A stretch of 59,320 nucleotides of DNA, filler included, from Sphacelaria rigidula (Eukaryota), in NCBI GenBank assembly GCA_964200075.2. It is 10 parts of 10 records of this genome, joined end to end, with 100 filler letters (N's around TTAATTAATTAA, not from the genome) between each part and the next. Parts side by side here need not be neighbours in the genome. Positions count along the whole stretch, not along the records: positions 47,537 to 53,378 come from CAXNAA020024036.1; positions 53,479 to 59,320 come from CAXNAA020024037.1; 8 more parts are not named here. One strand, written 5' to 3'. This document shows, piece after piece, positions 52,678 through 59,320 of this stretch. The notes under the pieces were generated by a model. The model worked only from the letters and a program-made list of their open reading frames with translations, was not told where the DNA came from and searched no databases. The translations under genes and the position numbers were made by a program. The stretch's first letter is position 1. Every line of letters starts with the position of its first letter.

Positions 52678-52825
52678 CCGAAAGAAAAAAGATGGTAGTG
52701 TCCGCGAAGAACTGCAGCGTCTTCCAGAAATCTCGGAGGGAAGGCAACACGGAGGAGGACACTCGAGGCCTGCCGTAGTACGACAGAACGACACCGAGGG
52801 CAACAATCCCGAGCACACCAGACAC
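52678..52825 (-). CDS. Na+/H+ antiporter, first visible exon
   Basis: cag|VSGVLGIVALGVVLSYYGRPRVSSSVLPSLRDFWKTLQFFADTTIFFLSG|gtacgt; parallels SOS1-type VSGVL...FWE...ANTLIFILSG. Confidence 0.92.
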
Positions 52826-53171
52826 CTGCGGCAATGAACCCCGCCCCCCGGATCAACAAACACAAAGTGCACAGACAAGAAGAAAATAGAGCATGCATGC
52901 ATGTCATCATTACATTCTCGTGTTGTGTTACGGTTGTTTGAGGTAGGGGGTGGATTGCGGTGAAGGAGTAAATATTTGTTGGGAGTGTGAGTATTTCTTG
53001 CTTGCCTTAGTCATTTGACCATTCACCACTCATGCCTTCCAAGCCGGAGCAGGTGGAGAGAAGGGGTGAGGGGGGCGGGATATTCTCATGATCTTGCATA
53101 CCGTAGTCACATGACCATTGAATTCGCATCTCTACAAAGTCGGGACGGAGCACGCTGGGTTTTCGCCGGAC

Positions 53172-53378
53172 AAGGCTGCCTCAACAAGCATACCTCCAGC
53201 CGCAGCGCCCCTGACTACCACATGCTGCCGTACCACGAAGTCCTCGAACCAACTAGCTGCGAGTGCATTGAGGCCACTCTGATGAAACGGACCCTCCTAT
53301 ACGCCGGCCACGTTGCGCGCATGCACGATGACCGTCTCCCCAACATAGTTATCCGTGGAGTGGTGTTTGAAGGGAATA
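53172..53378 (+). mobile_element. RTE-type LINE C-terminal fragment
   Basis: IEATLMKRTLLYAGHVARMHDDRLPNIVIRG matches the RTE GHVxRM..RLP motif. Confidence 0.8.
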
Positions 53379-53478
53379 NNNNNNNNNNNNNNNNNNNNNN
53401 NNNNNNNNNNNNNNNNNNNNNNTTAATTAATTAANNNNNNNNNNNNNNNNNNNNNNNNNNNNNNNNNNNNNNNNNNNN

Positions 53479-53532
<54 letters not shown>
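53479..53532. repeat. (AAT)n microsatellite
   Basis: Direct reading. Confidence 0.95.
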
Positions 53533-53535
<3 letters not shown>

Positions 53536-53638
53536 TGCCCTACTCATTGTCCATACCAAATTTCAGGGTCCAGTTCCAAGTATTGGCCGTAGAATGTGCC
53601 TGCAAACTGCAGAATCGCTTCTCGGCTGGCCCAGCTCG
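53533..53638 (-). mobile_element. End of TA-MITE (CGAGCTGGGCCAG family)
   Basis: Ends ...ggctggcccagctcg-TA. Confidence 0.8.
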
Positions 53639-54071
53639 TAACAACATGCGGGTTATTGTCTTAACCCTTTTGGGACCGATCTTCAGTAACAAGGGGTTTA
53701 CCATGTGCCAGTATAATGATGATAAAAATGACAATGACCTAGAAAATGTATACCTTGTCGTTTTTTGCCCGAGAGAGGTACGAAAAATAGTCAGACACGC
53801 GAAACAGCAAAACACGCCATTGGGACCGTCTTCGCTCCGAACTTTTCACGCAAATCATTCGCGGGGGAGGGGGGGGGCGTACTTATTTGTTGCTTGCCGT
53901 AGTCGTTTGACCATTGACCACGCATCCCTTTCGCGACGGAGCGGGGGGGGGGGGGAACTCGAACAGAAAACGGGAAAGAAACATGTTACTCGCGAGATAT
54001 AGCCACGCGAAAACGGACGTCTCGCCTTCAGAAACAGTTCCCATTTCTAGGCCAAAAATCCACCAGGTATA

Positions 54072-54659
54072 CGAGCTGGGCCAGTTGACAGTGATTTGCG
54101 AATGTATCCGGGCCGGGCGGTGGGTAATCCGAAGCATTGGGCGCTGAAATTTGCACACATTTTGATCATCACTACGCACAACCCCCCGGAGATGCCAAGA
54201 CAAAAAAAAAAAAAAATAGAGCGATTTGAAGTTTCTGCAAACACTAGAAAATTGATATAACTCCGTAAAAATAATTAAATACAGGGACATCCCTAGTGTG
54301 CTTGTGCGTCATTGTGTGGAGGAGATCCTGATGCAATTTCGGCCAAAAACTTCAGAAATTTGGCGCAACATCCAACTTCTCGTGTGGCACGGCTGCGCGA
54401 CTTTGATCCGAGTGATGCAGTTGACTTCAGTTATGGAGGTCACGAGTTCGAATCCCGACGGATTCCTTCTTTTTGTTCCGTCGGTTAGATTGTACATTGT
54501 GCAGTACTTTTTTTTTACAGTTTTTTCTTCAGCGGCGGTCCCGTGAGTTACTACGTTGATCTGCAGGTCACACTGATATACTCAAGTCGGGCTGATTTGG
54601 TAAAATTGATAAGTTATGGTGTGAGATGCAAATGCGGGATTTACTGCTGGCCCAGCTCG
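54072..54659. mobile_element. 588-bp TA-flanked MITE with the same TIR but a different interior
   Basis: TA-CGAGCTGGGCCAG...CTGGCCCAGCTCG-TA. Confidence 0.85.
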
Positions 54660-55684
54660 TACCTGATCCAGGAATTACTTTTCAATCGTACCTCATCTGG
54701 GCCACCGAACGGCCGAGAACGTACCTTTGCTAGGCCATCGCTTTCTACACTGTACCTGATGCGGCACATCGCGCGCAAGGGAGTCTACGCGCCAACTCCA
54801 ACCATGGCGCCCACACATTCGGCTCTTTTCCTGCTGATTTGCCCTTCACAGACGCCACAACGACCACGCCCCTTTGTTCCCCGAAATGGTTCCCGAGTCT
54901 TCCCGCGTCGGTCTTTTGTGATGCGGGGTGCTGTGGAACACCGTATTGTTGCGATCTTCGGGCTGGTGTGTCAGGGTCAAGCCAAGCTCTTCCCTCCTCA
55001 ACGGGCGGTTGTCGCATCATACATCGATCGTTGGTCCAAACAACGGATTTAGAACTGGCCGTCACGCACATAGAAACAGGGAGATAACAATAATAGCGTT
55101 CAGCACTACAGGACAGAGTAACGTGCGCCCAACGGAAACACTCGCGGAACACACCCATCACGTCTATCGAGGCCGTGCATAGCAATCACTAACGGCCAGC
55201 GAGAAGTTCGGGTTGTATCCGCAGGAGATACTGTATAGTGCTGAACGCAATCACTGTTCTGTCGCTATTTCTATATGCATGACGGCCAGTTCTAAATCCG
55301 TTGTTTGGACCAACGATCGATGTATGATGCGACAACCGCCCGTTGGTGAGGGAAGAGCTTGGCTTGACCCTGACACACCAGCCCGAAGATCGCAACAATA
55401 CGGTGTTCCACAACACCCCGCATCACAAAAGACCGACGCGGGAAGACTCGGGAACCATTTCCGGGGACGAAGGGGCGTGGTCGTTGTGGCGTCTGTGAAG
55501 GGCAAATCAGCAGGAAAAGAGCCGAATGTGTGGGCGCCATGGTTGGAGTTGGCGCGTAGACTCCCTTGCGCGCGATGTGCCGCATCAGGTACAGTGTAGA
55601 AAGCGATGGCCTAGCATAGGTACGTTCTCGGCCGTTCGGTGGCCCAGATGAGGTACGATTGAAAAAGAATTCCTGAATCAGGTA
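54660..55684. repeat. Long inverted repeat: 449-bp arms (54660-55108 / 55236-55684), 127-bp spacer
   Basis: Arms nearly identical; mirrored ORF translations on opposite strands in the ORF track. Confidence 0.97.
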
Positions 55685-56329
55685 TACCTGGTGAACTTTT
55701 GGCCTAGGAAGGGGAAGCGCTCTCTGAAAGTGAGACGTCTGTTTTCGCGTGGATATGTACCGCGAGTATCAAAAAAATTTCCCCCCGTTTTTTTTTCGAG
55801 GCCCGGGTGCCAAGGGTCTTCCCGAGTGATCTGCGTGAAAATTTCGGAGCGAGAACGGTCTAGATGGCATGCTTTGCTGTTTTCGCGTTTCTGGCCATTT
55901 TCCGTATGTTTCTTGGGGAAAAAACGAGAAGGTATACCTCACCTAGGCCCTTGCCCTAATAAAAAAAGTCTGGGAGCGACCTGCCCAATCACGGCGCGGC
56001 GAAATTTATCCACCACGTCCAAACGACCAGTGGGGGGGGGGGCTGTCGCCGGGTGTGATTTCACTGCCGAGTTCGTATGTGTACTATGTCCCTGGTCCGC
56101 AAAAAAAGCCTTAGAAGCAAAAGGAACCCGCGATGGTCGGGGATCTCCTTTCGGTTTTTTTTCATTTACTTGCATTATATATATAGATTCTTCTGCGATT
56201 CCCCCGAGTTTATTTTGGGTCACCATCCTGTAGAAAAACGTAGTAATTATACCAACTCAGGGTGCTCGGCGGAAATACGCGAAAAGCGTACCCTACTATA
56301 TATGTGGTCAGATCCACAAGGCGACTGAA

Positions 56330-58400
56330 TCTAGCAACGCCATGACATGAGAGACGGAGCTAGAGGCATGAGTTCTGCGAATCCCTCTGTTGAGGCGGTA
56401 CAGCAGCAGCGAGATCGTATGTAATCGACAGGAACGAACAAGCTGTGTATAGGCAACTGATCTCCGTCGCGGAGAACTGCCCAGAACGTGTAAGGAAGCA
56501 TGCAGCGGCAGCTGCTGCTGCAGTCCGAAAGGCGTATTGTACTATACGTGTGTGCGCCGCAACGCCCATCGGGAACATCGCCCTGCTTTTCGACAGCGTG
56601 TTTTGCAGCGCACAGAGGCGCGTCCTGTCCAAAAAGAGAGGCAGAGAGGAGTCGATATACGCATTGGTCAGTGCCACAGACAAAAAGGGAAGACAATTCT
56701 TTGCATTCATATCTTCTTCGAGGAGCTGTGCAGCAATTACCCGCCTGCCGGCATATGGCAAATGGGGCATGTGCTGGTAACATGATACCAGCATCTGCAG
56801 CGATTGGGAATTGCCGAACGAGGACACACAATGGACACGGGCGAGGAGCTCCTTCTCCGCCGCTGTTCCTCCGGTGGTATCGCCATCGACACGTGTGTAC
56901 ACCGCATTTATTTGGTGCACCTGGCCACACCTGCCCAAAACTGCTTCAGAAGTATTTGTTGCGAGGATACTTTCCCTTGGCATAACTGTTTGGCACCAAA
57001 CCTGCATTTCAGTTGTGCCACTTGAACCTCATCTTTGTGTTCAACCCCATTTTCGAGGATAGTATGTTGGCTTATATTTTTATTCTGCGATTTTCGTGAG
57101 AATACCGAACGCGATCAACGGTCATATGAAAGCAAAATATCTGGCGCGAGAATGCGGCCTATTTGGAGTGCTCGCCGTCACTCGTTCTGAGTCCAAGTGA
57201 ATTTCACAAAGCCCAGGAGAAACGGAGATAAGGGTTACGAACCACGGCGTCAGCCTATTCGTGTGAGCTGGATATCTGCGGGGAGGGAACCTACGATAAG
57301 AGGATTCACGGGAATATAGTTACGTGCTTGAAGTGTGGCGTTGCGAATGACCACACGTCTAGGGGTTTTCCACCGCGTTTTGCGGAGAGGACATCCGTGT
57401 GTGTGGTGAAATGAACTCGCACTTCAGCGACCTCACCCAAGACATCTTGCTTTGGCTTTCCCATCCACCAGCTCTGTTTTGATACACCTTTCTTCTGCAC
57501 TCCCCGGGTGCCCAAACCAACCAATATTCTATTGTGCCGACCGGCGGGCTTCGATATCGTGGATATGGCATCTCGCAGAGACTAGGGACAACAGTCTTTG
57601 GACCAAGCATCCGAACGCAGGTTGGAGATACCAGTGGACCGGATGTCCAGTCTTAAGAACACGATGGTAGCGCTTGGCCGGTTGCTTGAGCAGCTGACGC
57701 GGAAGACTAGCCGATGTAAATCATAGCAATGCAGCGAGAGCAGAGACCGGCGGCACCCAGACAGGCGGCGTCATCGACAGCACCGACCCAGGGTGGGAAC
57801 AGGGCACGGCAGCAACACAACAGCCAGTCGCACGGAGGCTTGACACAGCCGACCTGCGGCGACATGTGGGGAGCGGGCAAGGCCCGCGAGGTCCGAGTTC
57901 GGGGGCTACGCGGGATACATCTAGGGGCATGGATCCCGAACAGGCAAGGATGGATGGGGTGAAGGGTCACCTGTCGCGGGAGGAGGGTGTGCCCACCGTG
58001 GCGCGGCGATTTGGATCGAGTGCACGACCGGGCCAAGGAGTCGGCGAGTGACGGACCCCTCGTCACGAAAGGCCAGTCCAGCAAAGCCAGCGGCTTGCCC
58101 CGCGGTGAAAAGGCCCGAAGGCAGAGACGTGGGGACGACGAAGGGTAAGGACGGGGTCGTCATGGTGATCAGACAGGATCGACAGTATCGACGAGCAGTT
58201 CGGGCGATGATCTCCCGCTGGCGCGTTGCCATGTGTGCGGAGAAATGGCGACACATCGAGCAAGCAACTGAACGCAGAGGCAATGCTTCCGGGTGTGGTC
58301 GAAAAGGGCACAACGGAGTGAAGTGCAACGCCAAGGAGGATGTGATCGTAGCGGTAAACCAGTCGGGCGAGGGAGACTCGCTGTTATGTTCAGATGCAGA
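56330..58400 (+). pseudogene. Probable decayed MULE/FAR1-like transposase
   Basis: Ordered fragments AYGKWG/HVLV/HDT, LPNEDT, ASEVF...VWH, MTTRLGVFHRVLRR, KRPEGR, and zinc-knuckle-like SGCGRKGHNGVKC; many stops and frameshifts. Confidence 0.45.
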
Positions 58401-58959
58401 AGTGGGGGCACGAGAGTAGGTGATTCACTTGTTTTTGTGTGAAGTGTTTTTGGCGGATGCACTGGTTGAGTGAATAATGTTACTGACTGTAGATGATTGA
58501 GCGCATTGCAGTGCTGATTTCTTGCCTGCTGTGAACGGCGTGAGTGCGGGCTATTGGTCGTTGTAATGGACGCACGTGGCGCAGTGTTTTGATCGACTTT
58601 GGAAGGGAAACGCAAGAGAGTACGGTAATTGTAGAACTTTGACTGCAGAAGGCAATCTCAGACGAGGGACACAGCAATTGAAATCTTCGATTGACTGTTG
58701 TAGCGTACGCAAACCCAAAATATGGTGCGCACGTGGCGGTTGCGGCGAACATATTCAGTACAGATGATCCCGAAATTGACTGTCGGAAACGTGTAGTGCA
58801 GACAGTGAGATGTGATGATGCGTGCCGATTTTTAATCATGAACTTGAGTAGGAACCGATAGCTCGACCTAGTGCGAACGAGAGCACTACGGTACGATTTG
58901 ATGATGCCTGTTCGTATTTATCATTAGTTACTATTATTTGTTCATGTACATATTTGTCG

Positions 58960-59243
58960 CACTTCGAATTCCTTCCCTTCCTCGGGACGAGTCCGTGGTC
59001 TCAAGGGATCAACCCATCTCTCCCCGGTACACGCCTTACACTTTGGTCTCGCGGAGTGGATCAGCACTCCCGCACCGCGTCAACTCACGTTACACACACT
59101 CAGTCAACTACTTTGTTAACTCACGTTCCAACGCTTCACATGGTGGAAATCAGACACCACGAGGAAAAAACCCAACCCATCGGGACTCGAACCCTCGTTC
59201 TCTCCACCCTGATAGCGACAGCCGGACCATTACACCACACCGT
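58960..59243 (-). mobile_element. tRNA-derived SINE family 2
   Basis: Minus strand A box tggtgtaatgg and B box ggttcgagtcc, then a non-tRNA body shared with 11706-11784. Confidence 0.75.
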
Positions 59244-59320
59244 GGGGGGGGGGGGGGGGGGGGGGGGTCTTTTTTTTTTTTTTTTTTTGTTTATTTTCAC
59301 CGTCCCCCCCCCCTCCTTGC

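Noticed and set aside
54543..55599. Pairs of near-identical Cys-rich ORFs on opposite strands
   Set aside because: By-product of the inverted repeat; no recognisable domain.
56360..57007. 215-aa minus-strand ORF as a gene
   Set aside because: No recognisable motif; the opposite strand carries the MULE-like fragments.

Overview
This is not one contiguous locus. It is ten unrelated scaffolds of exactly 5842 bp joined by nine 100-bp N44-TTAATTAATTAA-N44 linkers, consistent with a size-sorted, concatenated eukaryotic draft assembly. The DNA is repeat-rich, with short exons and 1.4-1.7 kb GT-AG introns; a brown alga (Phaeophyceae) is my inference, not proven. Host-gene fragments: three in-frame exons of a SOS1/NhaP-like Na+/H+ antiporter (minus strand, 49258-52825) and one exon of a bacterial-like peroxidase-cyclooxygenase-family heme peroxidase (34974-35112). 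Mobile DNA dominates: a decayed XPG/PIN-nuclease + Cys-rich ORF resembling an AcademX DNA transposon, a truncated RTE-type LINE, a probable MULE transposase relic, two tRNA-derived SINE families, TA-flanked MITEs, 99-bp TTAA-flanked piggyBac-type MITEs, several hAT-like elements each with its own short-motif array, and a three-layer nested foldback with 449-bp arms. I found no CRISPR array, rRNA or intact tRNA, and no prokaryotic operon-like system. Most ORF-track entries are spurious. All family calls come from motifs read by eye, without database searches.
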